DNA from: an uncultured Actinomycetota bacterium
Lineage (GTDB): Bacteria; Actinomycetota; Actinomycetes; S36-B12; GCA-2699445
Direction of reading: 5' to 3'
NCBI GenBank assembly: GCA_963766005.1
Contig: CAVXYG010000012.1
Location: forward strand, 337,172 to 401,171
DNA: 64,000 bases
The position numbers and the translations under genes are program-made. Below the pieces are notes generated by a model that was given only the letters and a program-made list of their open reading frames with translations, did no database searches and had not been told where the DNA came from. Numbering within the stretch: the stretch's first letter is position 1; every line of letters starts with the position of its first letter. Positions 39,600 through 47,986 of this stretch are shown here, piece after piece.

Positions 39600-40271
39600 A
39601 TGGGGAGCCGCTGGCCGGACGGGTCGCCTGCGGCGGTGACGTTCGGCTGGGACGACGGAACCACTGCGGACCGCAGGCTCGTCGAGCTGCTCAACTCTTT
39701 CGGCATCCGGGCGACGTTCTTCCTCAACTCCGGCAAGTTCGGCCTGACGGCGCAGCAGAGCGGGTGGAAGGACTACGTCGCGGCCTCGGAGGTGGCCGAC
39801 CTGTACGCGGGACACGAGGTGGGCAGCCACACGGTGGACCATCCCGATCTGACCGCGCTGTCAGATGCGGCCATCGCGGACCAGGTCCGGCGGGACCGGT
39901 CTGCGCTGGAGGAACTCGTGGGCTACCAGATCAGGGGGTTCGCCTCGCCCTTCCGCGCCCAGGACGCCCGCGTGGAGCGCGTGCTCAGGTCGGTCGGCAT
40001 GCGCTATTCGCGCGGCCCCGGGACCGACCGGTCCGGCAGGCCTCCGGCCGATCCGCTGCAGTGGATGCCGGCTGCCCACTGCTTGGACGACATTGCCGGG
40101 CTCCTGGCCGACCCCGCGCCGGGGTCGGTGTTCTGCATCTGGGGCCACGCCTACGAGTACGACGAGCAGGACGCCTGGCCGCGGCTGGAGGCGATGCTCG
40201 GCCTGGTCGCGCAGGCGCCGTGCTGGGTAGCGCCGCACGGCGAGGTCATCGCCACGCTGCTGGACGACTGA
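39600..40271 (+). CDS. Polysaccharide deacetylase (CE4-like) family protein
   Basis: VTFGWDDG (TFDDG-like) and GSHTVDHPDL motifs. Start 39600 (or 39579). Confidence 0.7.
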   Translation: MGSRWPDGSPAAVTFGWDDGTTADRRLVELLNSFGIRATFFLNSGKFGLTAQQSGWKDYVAASEVADLYAGHEVGSHTVDHPDLTALSDAAIADQVRRDRSALEELVGYQIRGFASPFRAQDARVERVLRSVGMRYSRGPGTDRSGRPPADPLQWMPAAHCLDDIAGLLADPAPGSVFCIWGHAYEYDEQDAWPRLEAMLGLVAQAPCWVAPHGEVIATLLDD

Positions 40272-40453
40272 AGTACCCTGCCCGGCGGGACCCTGCCGTG
40301 GCGGCGCTGAGCGCGATGACCTTGGAGCGGCGCCTCCCGGCACGGTAGCCGCCCGGGTGCGGGGGTGGCCGCGGCTGCGACGAGGCCGACGTGCGCTGCG
40401 CTCCGCGGGTACCGCCGTGAGGTCGACACCTGGCGTTCCGGCGCGCCGAGGGC

Positions 40454-41464
40454 CTAGGACTGGGCCTGCAGCGTGGCCGGGGCGTCCGCCTCCTCGATCC
40501 GCGCGGGCTCGCCGGCCAGCACCGCCAGATCCTCCTCGGTGAGCTGCAGGTGGGCCGCACCCGCGTTCTCCGCGACGTGGGCAGGGTCGGCACTGCCGGG
40601 GATCGCGATGATGCCGGGGTTCTGCGCCAGCAGCCAGGCCAGGGCCACCTGTCCGGGACGCACCCCATGGGTCCGGGCAACCTCCCGCAACGGCTCCACC
40701 TGGGCCAGCCGCTGCCGCAGCCCCTCGGGTTTGAACGCCGGCAGCTTGGAGCGCAGGTCCGTCCACTTGAACGTCCGCGTCGGCCCGATCCCGCCGCTGA
40801 GCAGTCCGCGCTGCAGGGGCGAGGATGCGACGAAGCCGATGCCGCGATCCACGGCCCACTTCGCGATGCGCAGGTTGCCTGGTTCCCCGTAGGACAGCTC
40901 CGCCGTCATCACACTCACGGGGAAGACCCGCTGCAGCCGCGAGACGACGTCGGTGTCGTTCGACCGGATGCCGAGGGCGCGGACCTTGCCCGCCGCGACC
41001 AGTTCGGCCATCGCGCCCCAGCTCTCCTCGACCGGGACGTCCGGATCGACCGACTGCAGCAGGTAGACGTCGAGGTAGTCGGTCTGCAGGCGCCGCAGCG
41101 ACTCCTCGACCGCGGAACGGATGTGATCCGGAGTGCCGTTGTGGTGAAACGTCCCGTCCGAGCGGCCCGTGATTCCCACTTTCGTGGCCACGACGGCGTC
41201 CTGCCGCCGACCGGCCAGCACCTTGCCCAGCAGCTTCTCGTTGCCGAAGGGCCCGAAGGAGTCCGCGGTGTCCAGGTAGGTCGCCCCCAGGTCCAGCGCC
41301 CGATTGACGGCCGCCATGGACCGCTCGTCGTCGCGGTGCTCGATGTCGTAGACCCCGGTGAGCCCCATGCAGCCGAGGCCAACGGCACCGACGGCGAGGG
41401 TGGTCGCTCCCAGCTGCCGCGCCGGGACGCGTTCGACATCGATGTCGAACAGGGAGTCGGTCAC
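40454..41464 (-). CDS. Aldo/keto reductase-fold protein with non-canonical active-site residues
   Basis: GLGCMGL..., LDTADSFGPFGNEKLLG, ATKVG, DYLDVYLLQSVDPD, AIPGS motifs. GTG 41464 overlaps the upstream stop (GTGA). Confidence 0.85.
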   Translation of the reverse strand: MTDSLFDIDVERVPARQLGATTLAVGAVGLGCMGLTGVYDIEHRDDERSMAAVNRALDLGATYLDTADSFGPFGNEKLLGKVLAGRRQDAVVATKVGITGRSDGTFHHNGTPDHIRSAVEESLRRLQTDYLDVYLLQSVDPDVPVEESWGAMAELVAAGKVRALGIRSNDTDVVSRLQRVFPVSVMTAELSYGEPGNLRIAKWAVDRGIGFVASSPLQRGLLSGGIGPTRTFKWTDLRSKLPAFKPEGLRQRLAQVEPLREVARTHGVRPGQVALAWLLAQNPGIIAIPGSADPAHVAENAGAAHLQLTEEDLAVLAGEPARIEEADAPATLQAQS

Positions 41465-42384
41465 GATGGGGTCCCCGTCTTCGCTTCCCGATCGGTACCG
41501 CCGACGCCATGCTCCCAGACGGCGCGAACGTAGAGGTCGCGCAGCATCTCCATGATGCGGTCGGGGAACTCCAGCGGCAGGCAGTGCGACCCTGGAAGCG
41601 AATGCACCTCGGCGTGCGGGATCTGGCGCGCGTACTCCATCACGTCGGCGTGCGAGGTCAGCGCGTCCACCGCGCCGGCCACGATCGTGACCGGCACCGA
41701 CAGGAAGCTCGGATCGATGCGGCCGTGCTGCTCCAGGGCGATCGCGAGTTCGAAGTACCACTCCCAGTCCTGGGAGAAGAAGGCCTCCACCCAGGGCTGC
41801 ACATCGCGGGCATCGGCGTAGGGCAGCATGACCCCGCTGTGGCGGAACACCTCGGCGAACGCGCGGTTCTTGGGCACGACTCTCGCGATCCAGTTCAACT
41901 GCCGGCCTACCTTGCGGCCGGCCTTCACGACGCCGAGGCCGAGCGGCCGGCGGATCGCCCGCGGGACCAGCTGCGGCGCCAGGATCGTGTCGAAGGTGCC
42001 GCCGGGGACCCCGGCGACCGACAGAATCCCCAGGACCCGCTCCGGATGCTCCCGCGCCAGCTCAAAGGCCACGTTGACGCCCAGCGACCAGGCCACGACC
42101 ACGGCGTCGTCCCAGCCCAGCGCATCCATGAGCGCCACGGCGTCGGCCACGTGGTCCTCGATGCGGACCCGGCTGGGGTCGGCCGGCCGGTCCGAGCCGA
42201 GCACACCGCGCTGGTTCCAACCAGCCACGGCGTAGTCGCAGTCCGGGGCGAGCAGCCGGGGCCAGGCCTGCGGCGGGACCCCCATGCCGTTGCAGACGAG
42301 CACGCGCGGGCCGTCGGTGTTGGCGTTGCGCCAGGCGGTCAGCCGGGTGCCGTCGCCGGCGATGAGATCGATCTCGCGGTGCAT
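41461..42384 (-). CDS. Alpha/beta hydrolase
   Basis: MHREIDL...VLVCNGMG..., nucleophile elbow AWSLG, C-terminal PGSHC. ATG at 42384. Confidence 0.75.
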   Translation of the reverse strand: MHREIDLIAGDGTRLTAWRNANTDGPRVLVCNGMGVPPQAWPRLLAPDCDYAVAGWNQRGVLGSDRPADPSRVRIEDHVADAVALMDALGWDDAVVVAWSLGVNVAFELAREHPERVLGILSVAGVPGGTFDTILAPQLVPRAIRRPLGLGVVKAGRKVGRQLNWIARVVPKNRAFAEVFRHSGVMLPYADARDVQPWVEAFFSQDWEWYFELAIALEQHGRIDPSFLSVPVTIVAGAVDALTSHADVMEYARQIPHAEVHSLPGSHCLPLEFPDRIMEMLRDLYVRAVWEHGVGGTDREAKTGTPS

Positions 42385-42524
42385 AACACCCAAGCGTCGC
42401 ACGGAAACGGTGGCTGGCTGCAACGGGCCTCTGCCACGGATTCCTGCCGCTCCGGCGTTCCCGCGGCGCAGCGTGGGGGTTCGCAATGACGGACCGCGGG
42501 GACGCGCCAACTACGCTGGTGCGC

Positions 42525-44222
42525 ATGACGTCCACGCCTGACATCAAGCCACGTAGCCGACAGGTCACCGACGGGTTGGAGCGCGCACCCGCCCGGGGAA
42601 TGCTGCGGGCGGTCGGCATGACGGATGAGGACTTCGCCAAGCCCCAGATCGGCATCGCCTCGAGCTGGAACGAGATCACGCCGTGCAACCTGTCGTTGCA
42701 GCGCCTGGCGCTGTCGGCCAAGGAGGGCGTGCATGCCGGCGGGGGCTATCCGCTGGAGTTCGGCACGATCTCGGTGTCCGACGGCATCTCCATGGGTCAC
42801 CAGGGCATGCATTTCTCCCTGGTCAGCCGCGAGATCATCGCCGACAGCGTCGAGACCGTGATGGAGGCCGAGCGGCTCGACGGCATGGTCACCTTCGCCG
42901 GCTGCGACAAGTCGTTGCCCGGCATGCTGATGGCTGCCGCCCGGCTCGACGTTGCCAGCGTGTTCGTCTACGCCGGGTCGATCCTGCCCGGCCGTGTCAC
43001 CCTGACCGACGGCACGGAGAAGGACGTCACGATCATCGATGCCTTCGAGGCGGTCGGTGCTTGCGCCCGCGGCCTCATGAGCCGCGAAGACGTGGACCGC
43101 ATCGAGCGCGCGATCTGTCCCGGCGAGGGAGCGTGCGGCGGCATGTTCACCGCCAACACGATGGCCTCGATCGGCGAGGCGATCGGCATGTCGCTGCCCG
43201 GGTCGGCGGCTCCCCCGGCGACCGACCGCCGCCGCGACGGCTATGCGCGCAAGTCCGGCCAAGCGGTGGTGCAGCTGCTGGCCAAGGGGATCACGGCGCG
43301 GCAGATCATGACTCGGGAGGCCTTCGAGAACGCCATCACGGTCCTCATGGCGCTCGGCGGCTCCACCAACGCCGTGCTGCACCTGCTGGCGATGGCGCGC
43401 GAGGCGGAGGTGCCGTTGGAGCTGGAGGACTTCCACCGGATCGGATCGCGGGTGCCCCTGCTGGGCGACCTCAAGCCCTTCGGCCGCTACGTCATGACCG
43501 ACGTCGACCGGGTCGGCGGCATCCCGGTGGTGATGCGCGCGCTGCTCGATGCCGGACTGCTGCACGGCGACACGCTGACGGTCACCGGCAAGACGCTGGC
43601 CGAGAACCTCGCCGAGATCGCGCCGCCCGATCCCGACGGCAAGATCCTGCACGCCATCGGCGCGGCGCTGATGCCGACCGGCGGCATCACGGTGCTGTCA
43701 GGGTCGCTGGCCCCCGAGGGCGCCGTGGTGAAGAACGCCGGTATCCCGGTGGACGTCTTCGAGGGCACCGCGCGGGTCTTTGAGCGGGAGCAGGCAGCGA
43801 TGCAGGCCTTGGAGGACGGGACCATCCAGGCCGGCGATGTCGTGATCATCCGCTACGAGGGGCCGAAGGGGGGCCCCGGAATGCGGGAGATGCTCATGAT
43901 CACCGGCGCGATCAAGGGCGCCGGACTGGGCAAGGACGTGCTGCTCATCACCGACGGCAGGTTCTCCGGCGGGACGACGGGCCTGTGCGTGGGCCATGTC
44001 GCGCCCGAGGCCGCGGACGGCGGACCGATCGCGTTTGTGCGCAGCGGCGACCGCGTCCGCATCGACATCCCCAACCGCGGGCTGGACGTGCTGGTCGACG
44101 ACGCCGAACTCGCGGCACGGCGCGAGGGATGGCAGCCCCTGCCGCCGCGGTACAACCGTGGCGTGCTGGCCAAGTACGCGCGGCTGGTGGGCTCGGCATC
44201 CCACGGGGCGGTGACGGGGTAG
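42525..44222 (+). CDS. ilvD: Dihydroxy-acid dehydratase
   Basis: [36 protein letters not shown] motifs. Confidence 0.93.
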   Translation: MTSTPDIKPRSRQVTDGLERAPARGMLRAVGMTDEDFAKPQIGIASSWNEITPCNLSLQRLALSAKEGVHAGGGYPLEFGTISVSDGISMGHQGMHFSLVSREIIADSVETVMEAERLDGMVTFAGCDKSLPGMLMAAARLDVASVFVYAGSILPGRVTLTDGTEKDVTIIDAFEAVGACARGLMSREDVDRIERAICPGEGACGGMFTANTMASIGEAIGMSLPGSAAPPATDRRRDGYARKSGQAVVQLLAKGITARQIMTREAFENAITVLMALGGSTNAVLHLLAMAREAEVPLELEDFHRIGSRVPLLGDLKPFGRYVMTDVDRVGGIPVVMRALLDAGLLHGDTLTVTGKTLAENLAEIAPPDPDGKILHAIGAALMPTGGITVLSGSLAPEGAVVKNAGIPVDVFEGTARVFEREQAAMQALEDGTIQAGDVVIIRYEGPKGGPGMREMLMITGAIKGAGLGKDVLLITDGRFSGGTTGLCVGHVAPEAADGGPIAFVRSGDRVRIDIPNRGLDVLVDDAELAARREGWQPLPPRYNRGVLAKYARLVGSASHGAVTG

Positions 44223-44481
44223 TCCGCCCGCAACGGCTGGGAATTGCCCTCGGGGCACGGCATCCCGGCGCCACCGGGCACGGCCGGTGCCGCAGCGTGG
44301 TCCGGCAGCGGCCGCGTGCGCGCGCAGTGTTGGCCTGGCACGCGCTGGATGCGAGTCGATCGTGCCCGCGCTCCGGTGGCCCCGGACGGAGACGTCGGTG
44401 ATCTCCCCGGGCCGCGGGCCGGACGGAGGTCGGCGCCGCGGAGGGCCGACTTCGGCCTGATCGGCCCTTGACGCGGCGCAG

Positions 44482-44961
44482 ATGTCCGGTCAGGATGCGG
44501 CCATGCATGAGGTCACCATCAGCGAGCACCCTGAACAAGCGACGGCCGTTATCCGCGAGACGGTGCCCCTGGATCAGTTGACCGAGTTCTTCGGCAGGGT
44601 CTTCGCCGCTGTCACCGAAGCGGTCGCCGGATCGTCGGCCCAGCCTGTCGGGCCGCCGTTCGCGCTGTACTACGGCATGCCGACGGACACCGTCGACGTC
44701 GAGGCCGGCATGCCCATCGTGGGCGAGTTCGAGCCGATCGGGGAGATCAAGGTCGGCACACTCCCGGGCGGCCCCCGGTACGAAGCGATGCATGTGGGCC
44801 CCTACGACACGCTGGAGCGGACCTACGGCGCGATCACGGCCAAGATGCAGGCCGACGGCGTCACGCCGGCGAACCTGATGTGGGAGCACTACCTCACGGA
44901 CCCGGCCGACGAACCAGACCCCGCCAAGTGGCAGACGAAGGTCTGCTGGCCGATGGCGTAG
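44482..44961 (+). CDS. GyrI-like small-molecule-binding domain protein
   Basis: Tandem beta-alpha-beta-beta repeat pattern (VIRETVPL...PFALYYG...YEAMHVGPY...WEHYLTDP). The start may be ATG 44503 (MHEVTIS), just downstream of a TTGACG...CAGGAT promoter-like pair. Confidence 0.7.
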   Translation: MSGQDAAMHEVTISEHPEQATAVIRETVPLDQLTEFFGRVFAAVTEAVAGSSAQPVGPPFALYYGMPTDTVDVEAGMPIVGEFEPIGEIKVGTLPGGPRYEAMHVGPYDTLERTYGAITAKMQADGVTPANLMWEHYLTDPADEPDPAKWQTKVCWPMA

Positions 44962-45095
44962 CGCCGCCGTCCTCGGGCCGGAGCGAGACACCCGCGCCGA
45001 ACCTGGGCCCGGGCATCGGCGGGATGCCCCGAGGATCTGCGCGACACGACTCCCGCCGACGTTGGCGGTGAGACTTCCCACGACACGCGCCCGAA

Positions 45096-46121
45096 GTGCC
45101 GCGGTTTCCCCGACAGCGACTGCCAGGATCATGTGCCGTGGAGCAGTCTCGTTTCGGGCAGGAGCAGACCCTGCGAGATCTGCCGCTGCCCGTGTGGCAG
45201 CTGGGGATGATGGCTGCCGTCGTCCTGGTCATCCTGGCCGCCGGCCTGCGCTGGGAGCCGCCGGTCCTCGCCGCTGACGCCGCCGACTCCTGGGCTGCGC
45301 GCGGCCGAGCGGCAGGGGTCATCGCCGACGCCCGGCCCGGTCTGGTGAGTTTCGCGGTGCTCGACGCATCGGGGGCGGTCGTCGCGTCCCACAACGCAGA
45401 CAACAAGGTGTCGGCCGCCTCGACGATCAAGGCGATGATCCTCGTCGGCTACTTGCGCCAGCCGGACGTCGCATTGCGCGAACTCGGTCAGTCCGAGACG
45501 GCCGCGATGACCCGGATGGTCACGGCGTCCTCCAACACCGATGCCACGACCATGCTGGGCGACATCGGGTGGGACTCGATGCAGGAACTGGCCGACGAGG
45601 CGGGGATGGGCGACGGGTTCGTTCCCGACACGCGCCGCTGGGGCCTGACGGACATCACCGCGGCCAGCATGGCGACGTTCTTCTACCGCATCCCTGACCT
45701 CGTACCGCAACGGCACCGCCAGTTCGCGCTCAACCTCTTCTCCCAGATCATTCCGGGGCAGCGGTGGGGCATGCCGCAGGTAACGCCGACCGGCTGGAGC
45801 TGGCACATCAAGGGCGGGTGGATCTCCCGGGTGGTGAACCAGATCGGCTCCTTCACGCGCGGCACGGAGGAGTTCACGGTGGCGATCACCGTGGAGGGGG
45901 AGCCCGGGACCGGCTCGGGGGTGTCGGCGGGGCCGGAGTCGGTCCCAGCGGTGCGCACGCTGCAACTGGTGGCGCTGGCACTCTTCGGAGACGGAACCAT
46001 TCCGGGCTCCGCGGGCTCCGGCGTGCCGCCATGTCTGGGGCAGGTGGCCGAGGGCAACACCGAGGAGGCTGCCCGCTGGGGGAGCCTGCGCCCCTGCCCC
46101 CCGGTGTCCGCGGAGGTCTAG
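45096..46121 (+). CDS. Serine hydrolase, class A beta-lactamase-like, N-terminal membrane anchor
   Basis: SxxK (SAASTIK), SxN (ASSNTD), K(T/G)G-like (HIKGGW). Start uncertain (45096-45207). Confidence 0.65.
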   Translation: MPRFPRQRLPGSCAVEQSRFGQEQTLRDLPLPVWQLGMMAAVVLVILAAGLRWEPPVLAADAADSWAARGRAAGVIADARPGLVSFAVLDASGAVVASHNADNKVSAASTIKAMILVGYLRQPDVALRELGQSETAAMTRMVTASSNTDATTMLGDIGWDSMQELADEAGMGDGFVPDTRRWGLTDITAASMATFFYRIPDLVPQRHRQFALNLFSQIIPGQRWGMPQVTPTGWSWHIKGGWISRVVNQIGSFTRGTEEFTVAITVEGEPGTGSGVSAGPESVPAVRTLQLVALALFGDGTIPGSAGSGVPPCLGQVAEGNTEEAARWGSLRPCPPVSAEV

Positions 46122-46216
46122 CAGCCGGCGGCGAGGGCGACCCATTCCCCGAGCGGGCCGGAGACCTGCCGCATCGCCGGGCGTGGACTCGGGACCTGCG
46201 CCGGCATTGTCGCCCA

Positions 46217-46286
46217 GACACCCCGACACCCCGACACCCCGACACCCCGACACCCGACACCCCGACACCCGACACCCCGACACGCC
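46217..46286. repeat. Tandem 8/7-nt repeat (GACACCCC)n, 9 units
   Basis: Unit lengths 8,8,8,8,7,8,7,8 plus a degenerate last unit GACACGCC. Intergenic, about 95 nt from each of two convergent stop codons (46121 and 46380). Confidence 0.9.
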
Positions 46287-46379
46287 GCGCCCTCAACGCC
46301 GCGCCCTCCGGCCGTCCCGCGATGCCGATCCCGGATCCAGATCGTGCCGGCGCAGGTACCTCCCCGGCGTTCGAGCCGC

Positions 46380-47414
46380 CTAGGCTCCCGCCGCATCGCG
46401 ACGCAGCGCCTCGATCTGGGGTCCGGTGCCGACCGCGATGATCACATCGCCGGATCCGATCATGGTGGTTGGTGGCGGGTTCGTGACGAAGTGGCCGCCA
46501 ACATGACGCAGCGCGAGCAGCAGTGCCCCCGTGCCCTCGTGCAGCCGAGTGTCGCGCACCGACGAGCCGGCCAGGCTCGACCCGTCGCCGACCGGGATCT
46601 CCTCCAACCGGAATTCGAACTCGGAGTCGTGCATGGCGACATCGAGGAAGTCCACGACATGGGGCTGCAGCGCGAAGGCCGCTATCCGATTGCCTCCGAT
46701 GCGTTGAGGGTTGACCACGCGGTCCGCGCCCGCGCGCCGGAACTTCTGCTCAGCATCGGCGGTCCGCGCCCGCGCAATGATCACGAGGGCCGGGTTGAGG
46801 GCCCTCGCCGACAGCGTGACGTAGAGGCTCTCAGCGTCGTCGTCGAGGCTGGCAACAAGCGTCCGGGCGCGCCCGATCCCGCATTCGCGCAGCAGATCGT
46901 CTTGCGTGGCGTCGCCGGCCAGGTGCGGGAACGGGCAGTCGACGAGCCGCTGCTCATCGGCGTCCACGACGAGGACGGTCTGACCGCGCTCGACCAGTTG
47001 GTCGGCCGCTGCCCGCCCGACTCGCCCCCAGCCGCAGACGATGGCGTGTTCGTTGAGTGCATCGAGATCGCGGGTCATCTTGCGCCTTCCCCAGACGTTG
47101 CCGACGTAGCCCTCGACCAGGAAGGCCAGCAGGGACGTCAGCGTGTAGAGCGCCACGCCGACACCCATGAGGATGAAGGCGGTGGTGAAGATCTTCTCGG
47201 CGGTCCCGAACTCCTCGACCTCGCGAAAGCCGACCGTCGTGATGGTCGTCACCGTCTGGTAGACGGCGTTGAGGGCGGAGAAGCCCAGCAGCACGTAGCC
47301 GACGAAGCCGACCAGCACGACCGCGGCGAGCATGGCCACGCTCACGGCCATGCGGCGCCGCCTGACGTTCGCCTGAGCATGCTTGGCCACGGCCCCATTG
47401 TTGCGCTCGAGCAC
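46380..47414 (-). CDS. Two-TM K+-channel-like protein with TrkA-N/TrkA-C (RCK) domains
   Basis: M1 helix, pore region YQTVTTITTVGFRE, M2 helix, then IVCGWGRVG Rossmann motif. Start uncertain (GTG 47414, GTG 47390 or ATG 47351). Confidence 0.75.
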   Translation of the reverse strand: MLERNNGAVAKHAQANVRRRRMAVSVAMLAAVVLVGFVGYVLLGFSALNAVYQTVTTITTVGFREVEEFGTAEKIFTTAFILMGVGVALYTLTSLLAFLVEGYVGNVWGRRKMTRDLDALNEHAIVCGWGRVGRAAADQLVERGQTVLVVDADEQRLVDCPFPHLAGDATQDDLLRECGIGRARTLVASLDDDAESLYVTLSARALNPALVIIARARTADAEQKFRRAGADRVVNPQRIGGNRIAAFALQPHVVDFLDVAMHDSEFEFRLEEIPVGDGSSLAGSSVRDTRLHEGTGALLLALRHVGGHFVTNPPPTTMIGSGDVIIAVGTGPQIEALRRDAAGA

Positions 47415-47731
47415 CCGGCTTGGACGGGCTCGGACGACCACGGTCCAGGAATGCGGTGGAACGGGTCCTCGCAGTCGGCCAGCCGGGACGGTGCAAGCGT
47501 GTGGCGCTCCGTCCCGGCTGGACGGCCGCACGGCGGGGGCCTGCGTGCTGGCGCGGTCTTGCCCAGGAGCGCCTGCATGGGCCGGGTGCTGCCGCGGGCT
47601 CGCCTGGGGGCGACGAGGGGCGCGCGGGGACGACAACGGACCTGCTGGGCGGCTCGCGCCGAGCTGTGCGGGCCCAGGGGTTGGTCTGCCTCTGATGTTC
47701 TGGTGCGACCAGGGGGTTCGCGGAGCGCGAG

Positions 47732-47760
47732 TTGACAGCGTGCGCTCAAACCCGCATGCT
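47732..47760 (+). promoter_or_regulatory. Candidate promoter of the ilvBNC leader
   Basis: TTGACA (47732-47737), 17-nt spacer, CATGCT (47755-47760). Confidence 0.35.
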
Positions 47761-47766
47761 GGACAC

Positions 47767-47796
47767 GTGCGTGAAACCATCCTCGTAGTTTGCTAG
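47767..47796 (+). CDS. Candidate ilvB leader peptide M-R-E-T-I-L-V-V-C
   Basis: GTG CGT GAA ACC ATC CTC GTA GTT TGC TAG. Four consecutive branched-chain amino-acid codons, followed by a hairpin and a terminator upstream of ilvB. Confidence 0.5.
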   Translation: MRETILVVC

Positions 47797-47821
47797 CGCG
47801 ACGCTGACCAGCGCCGCGCTA
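47794..47821 (+). other. Leader hairpin that begins at the leader-peptide stop codon
   Basis: TAGCGCG-a-CGCT-gacc-AGCG-c-CGCGCTA (7+4 bp). Confidence 0.55.
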
Positions 47822-47822
47822 A

Positions 47823-47854
47823 CCCTCCGTTGCCGAAAGGCCCGGGGGGTTTTT
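47823..47854 (+). terminator. Intrinsic terminator (attenuator) in the ilvB leader
   Basis: CCCTCCG-tt-GCC-GAAA-GGC-c-CGGGGGG followed by TTTTT. 7+3 bp stem (one G-U pair), GNRA tetraloop. Confidence 0.6.
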
Positions 47855-47893
47855 CGTTGCCGGATCCGATGCGATCCATCGGATCCGGCAACG
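47855..47893 (+). other. Perfect 17-bp stem-loop immediately after the attenuator U-tract
   Basis: CGTTGCCGGATCCGATG-cgatc-CATCGGATCCGGCAACG. Confidence 0.6.
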
Positions 47894-47899
47894 AGCGGT

Positions 47900-47940
47900 C
47901 CAGCCGCCGCCGACTCCGCCACCCGGAGTCCGGCGGCTGG
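47900..47940 (+). other. Second strong stem-loop in the ilvB 5' leader (10+7 bp)
   Basis: CCAGCCGCCG-cc-GACTCCG-ccacc-CGGAGTC-CGGCGGCTGG. Confidence 0.55.
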
Positions 47941-47986
47941 CCGTGGGGACGCCACGCCGAACGAGGGCCACCATGATGAGGGCAGG

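Noticed and set aside
46183-46441. ORFs translating the 8/7-nt repeat as DTPTPRHPDTPTP... or GVGVSGCRGVGVSG...
   Set aside because: The 7-nt units shift the frame within the array. The ORFs have no start context and lie between two convergent stops. I interpret the region as a non-coding tandem repeat.
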